IMG/VR virus record: IMGVR_UViG_3300027736_000026 | Span: 1-64,000 of that record | Source of the DNA: a virus | DNA: 64,000 bases | Reading direction: 5' to 3' (one strand) | Shown: piece by piece, positions 48,829 through 58,139 of the stretch | Layout: each line of letters starts with the position of its first letter | Numbering within the stretch: position 1 is the stretch's first letter | Position numbers and translations under genes: made by a program | The notes under the pieces: model-generated | Told to the model about the DNA's origin: nothing | What the model saw: only the letters and a program-made list of their open reading frames with translations | Databases searched by the model: none

Positions 48829-49527
48829 TTACTTGGCTTTTTGAATTCTCTCAATCATTTCAAAGATTTTAATCTTTGGGATGTCGGCTATTGACATAAA
48901 CGAGTCTGCGTTAACGTAGCCTTCTTTTATAAGGCGTTCTTTCAATTTTGCGAAAGTAACGCTTTTGTCTTTCATCACTTTTTCAAGAATGGCATGAGGT
49001 TCAAATACAGCCGAAGACTCAGCAGAGTCATCGACAACGTTATTCTTCGACTTGCCAATTTCGTCTTGACCTACGATATTAATCTTTAAGAAGTTTCGGA
49101 CGCAACGAATGAATGCTCTATTTTCAGCAATCGGACCCAAGAAGTGGCGAGCAAAATCTTTAGTGTTGCCGGGAGAAGCGTCACCAATAGAAGAGAAGGC
49201 TATTGAATTGCCTTGTGTTTCGTAGTTTGCAATCCACTCTATTTTACAAACCGCCACTACATAGTCTGAACTTGGAGAGGTTACAGTGTAATCAACATAG
49301 AAGAATCCTCTAAGTTGAGCTACATATTTAATTCCAGCGAGAAGAATAAGTAGGTCTTTATCTTCTAGTTTGGTGACATCGGTTTCATTGGTCTTGTCCC
49401 TATTTGGGACAAGAAACTCTGGCTTGATCATTTTGCGCCAGTTAATAGAGCCGTCATCATTAAAGTGGTATTCCACACCTTCAATGAGACCATCAGAGGA
49501 ACGAACAAGTTTCTTTACGGTATTCAC
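48829..49527 (-). CDS. Possible single-strand annealing protein (Rad52/Sak-like)
   Basis: LAGIKYVAQLRG...GDAS...IAENRAFIRCVRNFL pattern, located in the replication block. GTG start. Confidence 0.45.
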   Translation of the reverse strand: MNTVKKLVRSSDGLIEGVEYHFNDDGSINWRKMIKPEFLVPNRDKTNETDVTKLEDKDLLILLAGIKYVAQLRGFFYVDYTVTSPSSDYVVAVCKIEWIANYETQGNSIAFSSIGDASPGNTKDFARHFLGPIAENRAFIRCVRNFLKINIVGQDEIGKSKNNVVDDSAESSAVFEPHAILEKVMKDKSVTFAKLKERLIKEGYVNADSFMSIADIPKIKIFEMIERIQKAK

Positions 49528-49533
49528 ATAGGT

Positions 49534-49562
49534 ATACTATGCGGCAACCGGCGACTTGTCAA
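49534..49562 (-). promoter_or_regulatory. Sigma70-type promoter
   Basis: TTGACA (49562-49557), 17 bp, TAGTAT (49539-49534). The GTG start at 49527 is 7 nt downstream. Confidence 0.6.
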
Positions 49563-50709
49563 CTCTAAAAATCCAAAAACTCTCTGCTTCTTTCCAAAAC
49601 TCTGGGCAGTCAATGACTGGTTCAGCAATCTGCTTTGCTTCCATGCCATTCTTGAGAGAAGATTCGCTTAAATAAATTTTACCATTACTAATTATTCTCT
49701 TATTAGACTTATAGAAAGCATTTAAAGTATACTCAATGCCTGTCTTTTGCTTCAAATTAGTTGGCATTTCTACAATTATTTCTTGGTCAAGATACTTAAG
49801 CTTCGCTTGTTCAAGCTTGTCTCCTTGTAAATAAGTAAATAGTTGATAAGAAATATTTTTATGAGCAAGAAAATTAACGAACTCTAGGCTGCTATTTTCT
49901 TTAATTTCATAAAAGATTCGTCCGATATTCTTTTGATTGTTTAAAATTAGATTAGCATCAATTGGCTTATCTGTCATAACGAAACATTGACAGACTTGTA
50001 ATTGCTCGTTTAAGAATTTTTCATCATGTTGCAAATCCATTCTAACTACAATATTGTTAGAATTAAATTGGTTTGGATTTACTATTTGATTAGGCACCAT
50101 TTCTAATCTCATATTATTGTATTCGGTGCCGAAATAAAGAGTTTGAATTGAATTCGAATGAGGGATCTCTAAAAGATTTAAGATGTTTCCTGCAATTGCT
50201 TCTGGTTTAATAGAGTTAATCGTCTTGGGATTTTCTTCAAAAGAAAAAGTTGGTTTGCTATTTCTTTTAGGCTCAAGCAGAATGTGATCCTTGGGGTTTC
50301 CAAAGAAAGGCTTTACGCAGTTAACGTAATTATTAGAATACAAAGCCACAATTTTTTTATTGTATCCAGAAGCGATATGAGTAGGAAAACTATCTGCACC
50401 AAAGTGCAGCAAACAGTCTCTTAAAATAAAAGCAGTTTGATTTATATTAGTAAATCCTACTAAGCTTACAACACCGTTATAGACCTTTTCTTTTTCTTGT
50501 CCAAGCTGAATTATTTTAATACCTTTACTATCTAAGATAGGAGAAATGATATTTATTACTTCTTGCCAGTAATCGTAAGTCTTCGAAGGCTTTGAGCTTG
50601 GATGGAAAGTGATATACTTTTCGGCAGTTACTGGGAAAAACTTTTCGTAAATATATGGCTTCTTAATCTTAACTCCAGAAGCTAGAGAATATTGTTCTAA
50701 AAGGTGCAT
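49537..50709 (-). CDS. Glycosyltransferase family 9-like protein (C-terminal GT-B half plus extra domain)
   Basis: YITFHP...KTYDYWQEVI...IIQLG...TAFIL...HFGADSFPTHIA...KIVALY. Confidence 0.75.
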   Translation of the reverse strand: MHLLEQYSLASGVKIKKPYIYEKFFPVTAEKYITFHPSSKPSKTYDYWQEVINIISPILDSKGIKIIQLGQEKEKVYNGVVSLVGFTNINQTAFILRDCLLHFGADSFPTHIASGYNKKIVALYSNNYVNCVKPFFGNPKDHILLEPKRNSKPTFSFEENPKTINSIKPEAIAGNILNLLEIPHSNSIQTLYFGTEYNNMRLEMVPNQIVNPNQFNSNNIVVRMDLQHDEKFLNEQLQVCQCFVMTDKPIDANLILNNQKNIGRIFYEIKENSSLEFVNFLAHKNISYQLFTYLQGDKLEQAKLKYLDQEIIVEMPTNLKQKTGIEYTLNAFYKSNKRIISNGKIYLSESSLKNGMEAKQIAEPVIDCPEFWKEAESFWIFRVDKSPVAA

Positions 50710-50710
50710 A

Positions 50711-52618
50711 TTATTTAATATCGAATGCGATCTTATCTTTGCCGTTGTGAAGATAATTGAGCATCTTTTGTGTTCCTATATGGGGAAGAAATGCTATTTC
50801 AAAGTAGCCTTGATGATTACCGTGTCCTTCAAGCCACAGTAGACTATCCATTTGAGGGATATATTCTAGTATTTTATGGATGCATGGATTACCCTCAAGA
50901 ACTGAGAAGTACTCTTTCTTGGTAGCAAAATACAAATTATGATCAGGATAAGTCTCTTTAATTGATTCAAGAAGAGAAGTGCAGAGATAAATATCTCCAA
51001 TACTTTCAGGCATTACAAACAAGATGCGCTTTCCTTTGTCAGCAGGATCTAAAATATCTTCAAAATCTACTTTTCGATTCTTTTGATTTTCTTGTGATGC
51101 TATTTGGCGAAAATAGTTTTCAACATTCTGTCGAGTTTCTCCTTTAGAAAGTTTTTCCATCCAATGCTTGTATCCATCTTCATTCTGATCCACCTGTTTC
51201 ATCTTCAGAATGTTGTGATACATGAAGATCAACCATTCTCCATTGTCGGTTATATTTGGAATAGCTGCATTGGGATCTTTTTCTTCTTCCTTTAAAGAGA
51301 AATCGTAAGTGGTAAATGGAATAGAATCAATATATTGCTCAAACATCTTTCCAATAACAGGAACAGAATAATTCTCTATAGCCCATTTCCTCGCCTTTTG
51401 CCCAAACTGTCTCCTCTCTAGGTCAGACATCTTGTAGGCGCGATATAGCTGCTTGGCAATAGAAGAAGGGTATGTCGAAGCCTTTCTGAATTGTGTTCCA
51501 TGTTCTCTGTACTCTGACCATTCCAAAGGAATAGATGCAGCATCAGGATGGCACATGTCTTCGCCGCAGCTATAATTAGTGACGAGAGTTAGTAATTCGC
51601 AATACTTAGCTTCTTGAATTGGAATTTCTTGACCCCCGCTAGTAAATGGATGACAATACACATCCATCAAATTATAAATCTCACATAGCTGCTCTTCGGA
51701 TACACCGAATCCAGTGTTGGTAGTTGAGCAACTCTTCTCAGACTTGCATACTGGACAGCCTAATTCTTGACCTTGAAAATGCGAGATAAAGTAATTTTTA
51801 CATTTATTGCAAACGTAAGTCGTCTGGATATCTTTTTTATCTATCTTGTATTCGTCAGCAAGCTTATGGATATCCCAGCCTTCTCCCCAATGAGTATGCA
51901 ATAGCAACTTTGCATTTTTAACATCGGGATTATTTTTAACAAAGTCTCTAAATCCTTCTAATAGATTTGGGACAGACTTGCGAAGTTGATTTCTAAATAC
52001 GAAGCCGACAATAAAAGAATCAGAAAGCCCGAAATTAGCCTTTAACTGCTTCTTCTTCTCTGCTCCTAAGTAATTAAATTTAGAATGATTTACTGGGCCA
52101 TGTACAGTTTTGGCATTATTGATGCCAATTTTGTGCATTTCATTTGTAGCAAATTCACTCCAAATCCAATACTGAGAAGACTTTTTAGCTTGATTAATCG
52201 CCTCTTCATAAATGGGCAAAGAATCAAGAGTCACCCAAAGCAGAGAAGTGATGTTCTTATACCAATGTTTATTATAGTATTGAGTGAACGCCCAAGGGTC
52301 TTGTGCGCCAATCCAAACATCAGGCTTCTCTTCTTTGATTACTTGATCAATATAATAAGACCCATAAGAAACATCTCTTGCAAGAGTTTGATCGGCGTTA
52401 ATTCTATTGACCTCGTTTTGATCGGTAGGGATACTCCCAAGACTCTTCCAAGGAGTCTTGGATAAAACGGGAGAACCCACTTGGGTTCCCCCGCAATAAT
52501 GGATAATATCATACTTACCCGTGTTGTATAGGTAAGAGACTAGTTCCTTCGCCGCCCTACCGAATCCAGTTTTAGCGAGGCACCAATCCGTTTGAATTAC
52601 TATCTTTTTCTTTCGCAT
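50711..52618 (-). CDS. Glycosyltransferase family 4 with Zn-ribbon insert and C-terminal GT9 N-domain
   Basis: TGFGR, FRNQLRK, YNLMDVYCHPFTSGGQEIPIQEA, CNKC...CPVC, and C-terminal RILFVMPESIGDIYLCTSLLESIKETYPD. Confidence 0.8.
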   Translation of the reverse strand: MRKKKIVIQTDWCLAKTGFGRAAKELVSYLYNTGKYDIIHYCGGTQVGSPVLSKTPWKSLGSIPTDQNEVNRINADQTLARDVSYGSYYIDQVIKEEKPDVWIGAQDPWAFTQYYNKHWYKNITSLLWVTLDSLPIYEEAINQAKKSSQYWIWSEFATNEMHKIGINNAKTVHGPVNHSKFNYLGAEKKKQLKANFGLSDSFIVGFVFRNQLRKSVPNLLEGFRDFVKNNPDVKNAKLLLHTHWGEGWDIHKLADEYKIDKKDIQTTYVCNKCKNYFISHFQGQELGCPVCKSEKSCSTTNTGFGVSEEQLCEIYNLMDVYCHPFTSGGQEIPIQEAKYCELLTLVTNYSCGEDMCHPDAASIPLEWSEYREHGTQFRKASTYPSSIAKQLYRAYKMSDLERRQFGQKARKWAIENYSVPVIGKMFEQYIDSIPFTTYDFSLKEEEKDPNAAIPNITDNGEWLIFMYHNILKMKQVDQNEDGYKHWMEKLSKGETRQNVENYFRQIASQENQKNRKVDFEDILDPADKGKRILFVMPESIGDIYLCTSLLESIKETYPDHNLYFATKKEYFSVLEGNPCIHKILEYIPQMDSLLWLEGHGNHQGYFEIAFLPHIGTQKMLNYLHNGKDKIAFDIK

Positions 52619-53217
52619 TAGAATACGAGTTCTTCTGCTTGAGCTTCTGCTTCAGTCTGAGCAGCAGGTTTGACAGCAGGTTGATTTAGTTGGATTTTGC
52701 TATAAGCCGCCTTCGCTGGATATTCTTCCTGTTGAGCTTCTTTTGGAGCAGGTGCAGCGACATCATCTTGAGGATAGAAAGAATTCCTAATGAACTCCAA
52801 AAGGAAAGTCTTAACCAGTACAGATTCTGCAAAAGTAAATCCAATCAAGAAACTTACCTTGTTAACGGTATCTCCCTTTTGCTCCTTGGTGGCATTAAAA
52901 GAAAACCCAATCTGAGCGTTGTCCCTTAGATAAGGACAAAACTTGCCCATCGCGTTTGAATTAGGAGCAGTGTGATAGAACTTGTATTCTGCGTTTCTAT
53001 CAATTGCGTCTACCATACCTGCGGCTTCTACCGCATTGAACTTTAAGACAGTAGTCTTCTCTGGATTCTTAGCGTTCTCGCGAAAAGACCCAAGCTTCTT
53101 GGCTTCATTCCAAGAGTGCTGCTTGATGAAGTTAACGAACAAAGAGGTTCCCTTTGTCTGAAAAGAGCAAGCGGTTCCAGTTACTTTTGCATTTCCCTTA
53201 TAAAATTGTAGGTTCAT
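52618..53217 (-). CDS. Hypothetical protein, possible ssDNA-binding protein
   Basis: Aromatic/basic beta-rich N-domain, Pro/Ala/Gln linker and acidic-hydrophobic end (EAEAQAEELVF). Adjacent to the polymerase. Confidence 0.45.
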   Translation of the reverse strand: MNLQFYKGNAKVTGTACSFQTKGTSLFVNFIKQHSWNEAKKLGSFRENAKNPEKTTVLKFNAVEAAGMVDAIDRNAEYKFYHTAPNSNAMGKFCPYLRDNAQIGFSFNATKEQKGDTVNKVSFLIGFTFAESVLVKTFLLEFIRNSFYPQDDVAAPAPKEAQQEEYPAKAAYSKIQLNQPAVKPAAQTEAEAQAEELVF

Positions 53218-53251
53218 TCAGACATTATTTTGCCTGAAAAAAGCCGATTTA

Positions 53252-55810
53252 TCAATTATTTTTTTCGGCTTTTAATTGAGAAAGTTTCGTGTAAACCGTA
53301 TGGGTTTGGATAGCGACCATTCTGGCAAAAACAGAGTCTCCAAACTTTTGTCCGGTAATAATTACTATATCTTCTTCCTTTGGCATTCTGTTATTAAGAT
53401 TTTGCATCTCATCTATTTTATCGGAGAAGATCATCGTGTTGATGGCAGAAGTTTCGTCAGAAATTTGCATTTTAAAATACCTAGTCTTCTTCTCTCTTGA
53501 GACCCCTGACATGCATTCTTTAATTACACCGATGAAACAAACTTCATCTTTCTCACCGAAATTAGCGATGTCTTTTATATAAACTAGATCATCTTTCTTT
53601 GCAATAAACACTTCTCTCAGTTTACTTCTTACGCTATAACCAATAATAGAATTCTCATAATACCAATTAGCAAAACTCTCTGATTTGCTATTGATCTCAT
53701 ATATCTTTTTATAGGCATCTGCTTTGGTTCGCAGCGTTTGGAGTCTTGATTCTTTTATGTAAGGTTTGCCCTGCACATCTTTGTTGTCTTTCATGTGCAT
53801 GAGAATTTTAACCAAATCATACTCAAAAGTCTCGCCAAACAGTTTGGCGTTTATTTTTTCTTTATTAGTTAAGATGTTCCAAAGTTGAGCCTCGTATACT
53901 ATTTTGCTTCTTGATTGCTTGAAGTCTCCGTCTAAGGCTCCTGCTTGGATAAGGGCGCAAAGGACTCCAATGTTTAGATTAGCTTGAGAGGCTGTTTCAA
54001 AGATGTCGAATTTGTTCTTAAACTCTGCTCTGAATTCATTTACGGCTTTAATGGTCTTCTCACTGATGCCTTTAACAGAAAGAAGTCCAAAACGGATATT
54101 ATCACCTTCAATACAAAACTCTTCTTTTGACTTTAATAAATGAGGAGGCAAGAGTTTAATATTAAAATAAGTTAATTCTTTTTCTGTTTTAGATATCTCT
54201 CCAATAGAATCGGGCTCATGCTTACTCATTTTCAATAGGGACAAGAAGAACTGTTGCGGATATTTAAATTTAAGATAGATAGATATTGCGGCGAGAGCAG
54301 CGTATGAGACTGAATGCGATTTATTAAATTGATAATTGGCTGAATCGTTTGCAATTCTCCATAATACTTCGCCAATCTTGGGGTCAAGTTTCTGCTGGGA
54401 GATCTTGTCTTTAATCTTCTGCTCCCACTCCTTCATCTCTTCGACCTTCTTTTTGCCTACGCAGCGTCGAACAATTTCTGCTTCGTCAAGTGAGAATCCA
54501 ACCTTGCTCACCATCTTCATCAACTGTTCTTGATACAAACAAACTCCTCCAGTTACTCCTAAGATATCGTCGAAGAAAGGATGGATACTTTCGTAATGAT
54601 TATTGTTTGTATAGTTAGCATACTTATCAATAAACTGCAATGCACCGGGACGAGCAAGAGCTAATACGCCACTTAACTGTTCAAGATTTTTAGGCTTTAC
54701 CTTCTGGCATACTTTAAAGTTAGTTTCTGCTTCAATTTGGAATAATCCATGAGGCAACTTAAAGTCTTGTAATTGCTGATATATGAAAACATCATTTACA
54801 TCAATATCCTCATATCTGATTCCAAGAGATTTGCAAACATCGTCTACAACTGAGACTCCTCGCAAACCAAGCAAATCAAGTTTAATATTATAAGCTGTAA
54901 CATTATTCATGTCGTAGCTTGAAACGACCTGCTTGTCTGATGACAATTCTACTGGACAGGATTCTTCAAGGAGTGAGTGCGCCAATAAAAGCCCAGACGG
55001 GTGTACGCCTTTATTTTTATTAAGATTCTGGAGCTTTAAGGCGATCTTATAAACTTCTTGGTTTGTGCCGACCCATTCTGCAAATTTTTCGCTTTCAGTG
55101 ACTGCTTCTTCCAAGCTCTTGACTTGACCGAAAAGTTTAGGAATATAAGAAGAGACATTATTCATTTCGCTCTCTTGTTTCTCTGCAACTACTTTACCTG
55201 ACTCTTTGATGCAGAGTTTAGAGCTTAAAGTGTTTAGAGTAAGTATCTTAGATGTCTTGCCCTTGAATTTCTCTTCAAGATAAGCTATTACTCTATGCCG
55301 ATTATAATAACAAATATCAAGATCAACATCAGGAAATAACGAGCCATCAAAATAAGTTACTCCATCAACAATAGTTTTCTTTGCTCTGGCTTTAGAAATG
55401 AATCGCTCAAAAAATAGTTCATATTTAATGGGGTCAATTTTGGTTACATCAATGAGAAATAACAGTAGAGAGCCAGCGCAAGATCCTCTTCCCGGTCCAG
55501 TTGGGATACTCGTCTCTCTGCAATAATTAATAACATCCCAAATGAGGATGATGTAATCAATAAATTCTAACTCTTGAAGAATTTGTAATTCGTAATTAAC
55601 GCGATCAATATACCTCTTGTAAAGAGCGCTTCCTTTTTCGAGATCAAGCTTATGAAACCCCTCTCTAGCTAGGCTTCTTAAAAAGTCGTAATTAGAAGTC
55701 TGAGCAACTAATTTAAGTCTAGTCTTGTGTCTTTGGTCAATTTCAAAGACAGGCATTCTAAGTCCGTGAAGGCCAAGTTCGTATTTTTGAAAGTCTTTTG
55801 AAAAGTTCAT
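53252..55810 (-). CDS. dnaE: DNA polymerase III alpha subunit core, lacking the N-terminal PHP domain
   Basis: GPGRGSCAGSL, FERF, PDVDLD, GVHPSG, KLDLLGL, YQEQLM, FNKSHS, IRFGL and a C-terminal OB fold. Start placed at ATG 55810 (ATGA overlap with the upstream stop) instead of 55840. Confidence 0.93.
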   Translation of the reverse strand: MNFSKDFQKYELGLHGLRMPVFEIDQRHKTRLKLVAQTSNYDFLRSLAREGFHKLDLEKGSALYKRYIDRVNYELQILQELEFIDYIILIWDVINYCRETSIPTGPGRGSCAGSLLLFLIDVTKIDPIKYELFFERFISKARAKKTIVDGVTYFDGSLFPDVDLDICYYNRHRVIAYLEEKFKGKTSKILTLNTLSSKLCIKESGKVVAEKQESEMNNVSSYIPKLFGQVKSLEEAVTESEKFAEWVGTNQEVYKIALKLQNLNKNKGVHPSGLLLAHSLLEESCPVELSSDKQVVSSYDMNNVTAYNIKLDLLGLRGVSVVDDVCKSLGIRYEDIDVNDVFIYQQLQDFKLPHGLFQIEAETNFKVCQKVKPKNLEQLSGVLALARPGALQFIDKYANYTNNNHYESIHPFFDDILGVTGGVCLYQEQLMKMVSKVGFSLDEAEIVRRCVGKKKVEEMKEWEQKIKDKISQQKLDPKIGEVLWRIANDSANYQFNKSHSVSYAALAAISIYLKFKYPQQFFLSLLKMSKHEPDSIGEISKTEKELTYFNIKLLPPHLLKSKEEFCIEGDNIRFGLLSVKGISEKTIKAVNEFRAEFKNKFDIFETASQANLNIGVLCALIQAGALDGDFKQSRSKIVYEAQLWNILTNKEKINAKLFGETFEYDLVKILMHMKDNKDVQGKPYIKESRLQTLRTKADAYKKIYEINSKSESFANWYYENSIIGYSVRSKLREVFIAKKDDLVYIKDIANFGEKDEVCFIGVIKECMSGVSREKKTRYFKMQISDETSAINTMIFSDKIDEMQNLNNRMPKEEDIVIITGQKFGDSVFARMVAIQTHTVYTKLSQLKAEKNN

Positions 55811-56445
55811 ACTGCGATTTGGAATTTCAGTCTGTTCCATACTTTAATGTTTAAATGTAAATCGTTAAGTGCGTCGTGAAGAGTCTCGTAATCGTGTTCT
55901 ATGCTATATTCTTTTCCAAGGCTTGTAAGGTTAGTTTTCACTCCTTTTCTTCTTTCGTTCAGTACTCTATACTGGTACTCAATTAAGCTCATTTCTTGAG
56001 AGTAAGGGATTTCATATTTAACTCCCTTCGCTAGACAATTAGTATCTATAACTTTACTCACTAAGTGCTTCCATTCTTTCCCATACATTTCGTAATAATC
56101 TTTAATGAGATACATATCAAAGTTTAAGATATTGTGCCCGATTATATAATCACAATTTTCTAACCAATGTGCTATAGTTTTAATAGCTTCGCTAGAATGG
56201 ATAGCAATTTTATTATATTTGTACTGATCGAAACGAGTAATTTGGGCAGCTTCTTTGCTAACATTAATAGGCTTATCCCATTTAATATAAATATCAGAAG
56301 TTTCTAAGACCTCATTTCCTTTAACTTTGATCATGCCGCATTGCCAAGGGCGATTATTTATAAAGCTAAGGCATAAATTCTCGGTCTCTAAGTCTATAAA
56401 AGTATAGACTTTATCTTTATCATAACGAAGAAGATTTTCCATCAT
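55807..56445 (-). CDS. DEDDh 3'-5' exonuclease (DnaQ/epsilon-like)
   Basis: FIDLETE, GHNILNFD, IDT, LHDALND. Confidence 0.9.
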   Translation of the reverse strand: MMENLLRYDKDKVYTFIDLETENLCLSFINNRPWQCGMIKVKGNEVLETSDIYIKWDKPINVSKEAAQITRFDQYKYNKIAIHSSEAIKTIAHWLENCDYIIGHNILNFDMYLIKDYYEMYGKEWKHLVSKVIDTNCLAKGVKYEIPYSQEMSLIEYQYRVLNERRKGVKTNLTSLGKEYSIEHDYETLHDALNDLHLNIKVWNRLKFQIAV

Positions 56446-57203
56446 ATAGAATTAACCTCCTTCCAGCTTTCGAAACTAAATTCAGCGCTGCACATGTGTT
56501 CTAAATTCGGCTTGTTAAGGGTAGTTCTGTTATTAATGCATCTAAAAGTCATGTAGGCTTTAAAGTCTTCTCTTGTCTCGTAATAAATACTTTTGCTGGC
56601 AACTGTCTCATATTGATCAGCGCAGAATTTGATTACTTTTTGCCTTACTATCTGATCAAATGGAAGATCATTATCTTCAGTAAAAAAAGTAGGCTTTGTG
56701 AACTTCAACTCTGGGCAGCACAAGGAGTAAGACATTGTATTTTTGAATAAAAAAGAGTCATAGAATGGGACGCATAATTTTAGGCTAGCTTCATCCCACT
56801 CTTGTGTCAAGGTCTTTTCGTCTATTCTTGGTGTATAATAAAAACCATCTGTCGCGGCGATACTAAATATCTTAATGAGTTTCTTGTATCCATTGCCATT
56901 TTTAGCGAAGATGATAATTTTACTGGACTTTTTCAAAGACTCGTCAGTCTTTTCATTGATATCAGGGCATAGCTCTAATCTAAGTCCGTAATAGAATGGA
57001 ACCTTAATAGAGTTAAAGTTTTTAAAAGCGTCAAGAAAAGAACTCATATTCTCTTCTACAAGGAAAACTTGGTCCAGTTTGTTTTCTTTAACGATGTCTA
57101 CGATAGAAGAGGAGCCTTCTTTAGAAGAAGATCCGGCCTTATCTAGGGTTAATATTGATTTGCCGATGCTATAATGGCTTTTAAAAAGAGGTAATATTTT
57201 CAT
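56442..57203 (-). CDS. Stand-alone PHP domain of DNA polymerase III alpha
   Basis: LFKSHYSIGKSI, YYGLRL, IIIFAKNGNGYKKLIKI, FYYTPRID. Confidence 0.85.
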   Translation of the reverse strand: MKILPLFKSHYSIGKSILTLDKAGSSSKEGSSSIVDIVKENKLDQVFLVEENMSSFLDAFKNFNSIKVPFYYGLRLELCPDINEKTDESLKKSSKIIIFAKNGNGYKKLIKIFSIAATDGFYYTPRIDEKTLTQEWDEASLKLCVPFYDSFLFKNTMSYSLCCPELKFTKPTFFTEDNDLPFDQIVRQKVIKFCADQYETVASKSIYYETREDFKAYMTFRCINNRTTLNKPNLEHMCSAEFSFESWKEVNSI

Positions 57204-57212
57204 AAATAAGAG

Positions 57213-58139
57213 TTATTTCCATCTGGGGCAACCTTCATACTTAAATTTTTTGATCACTTGAAAATCGTCTTTCTTTGCTGCTTTTGCTTCTTCTGCTGTG
57301 AAAAAGCTTTTTACAAATTTGTCGTTCTTGTCGTAAATAGAATAAAACCACATCTCATTCTTAAAGGGACAAACCCAAGTAGCTCCTGCCTGACATAGCC
57401 ATCTGCTCTTTAAGTCATCTGCGGCAAAGTTTTGTTTTGCATCTTGTTCAGAGAAGTTGCTGACTTTACCGTAAACATGCTTAAGGTAAACCTCAAATCC
57501 TGACAATTCATCATCTGTAAATTTTACCGGCTGCACTGGTGCTTTAGGAAATCTGAGAAATATAAACTCTACTTCTGGCTCGTACTCAGGCCAATAAATT
57601 TTAGAAGCGATAGAATATAGCATCGCCTGTACATTGGCTGTCAACTCTTCTCCCTTGAATTTTGCTTTGCTAGACTTGTAATCTCTAATCTTACTCTTCT
57701 TTTCTTCCTTATAAAGAATTGGGAGATCAATAAATCCTCTGGCCTTATAGCCGTCTCTTTCGATTTTGAATTCGAACTCTGGGTTTTGAATGTCGCCGCC
57801 CTTTGGAAAGAAGTCGCTCTTAAGGCCGACAAGAATCATTTTATTGATTAACGCTATGTCTTCAAGATTGTTGATCCCTTCTCTCGTAGCGTGTTTTATT
57901 ACTAACCTGCCTACTGGAGCGCAAGAGAGAGGATCGCCAGAGGCAATGATTTCCTCATAAAGCTCTTTATGGCGAGGGTTAAGAAGCAACTCAAATACTA
58001 AGTGACAAATTGTACCGCGCTTTGCTCCTGAATTAGACTTCTCGGGAATGTTTAAATGATACTTACAATAATAAGACCATGAACAAGTTTCAAGAGCTTT
58101 AATTCTGGACGCAGATAGGTAGACTTCTTTCTTATCCAT
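57213..58139 (-). CDS. PD-(D/E)XK exonuclease, RecB/AddB/Cas4-like
   Basis: LSASRI...C, RGTICHLVFE, GFID, IRDYKS, QAMLY, and C-terminal Cys residues. Confidence 0.88.
   Translation of the reverse strand: MDKKEVYLSASRIKALETCSWSYYCKYHLNIPEKSNSGAKRGTICHLVFELLLNPRHKELYEEIIASGDPLSCAPVGRLVIKHATREGINNLEDIALINKMILVGLKSDFFPKGGDIQNPEFEFKIERDGYKARGFIDLPILYKEEKKSKIRDYKSSKAKFKGEELTANVQAMLYSIASKIYWPEYEPEVEFIFLRFPKAPVQPVKFTDDELSGFEVYLKHVYGKVSNFSEQDAKQNFAADDLKSRWLCQAGATWVCPFKNEMWFYSIYDKNDKFVKSFFTAEEAKAAKKDDFQVIKKFKYEGCPRWK

Noticed and set aside
53239-53273. Inverted repeat aaaagccga...tcggctttt at the dnaE stop as a terminator
   Set aside because: The loop is 17 nt, the GC core is short and it overlaps a possible promoter. 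Too ambiguous to call.
57213-58139. Cas4 as evidence of a CRISPR-Cas system
   Set aside because: There are no other cas genes or arrays. Stand-alone Cas4/RecB-like exonucleases are common in phage replication modules.
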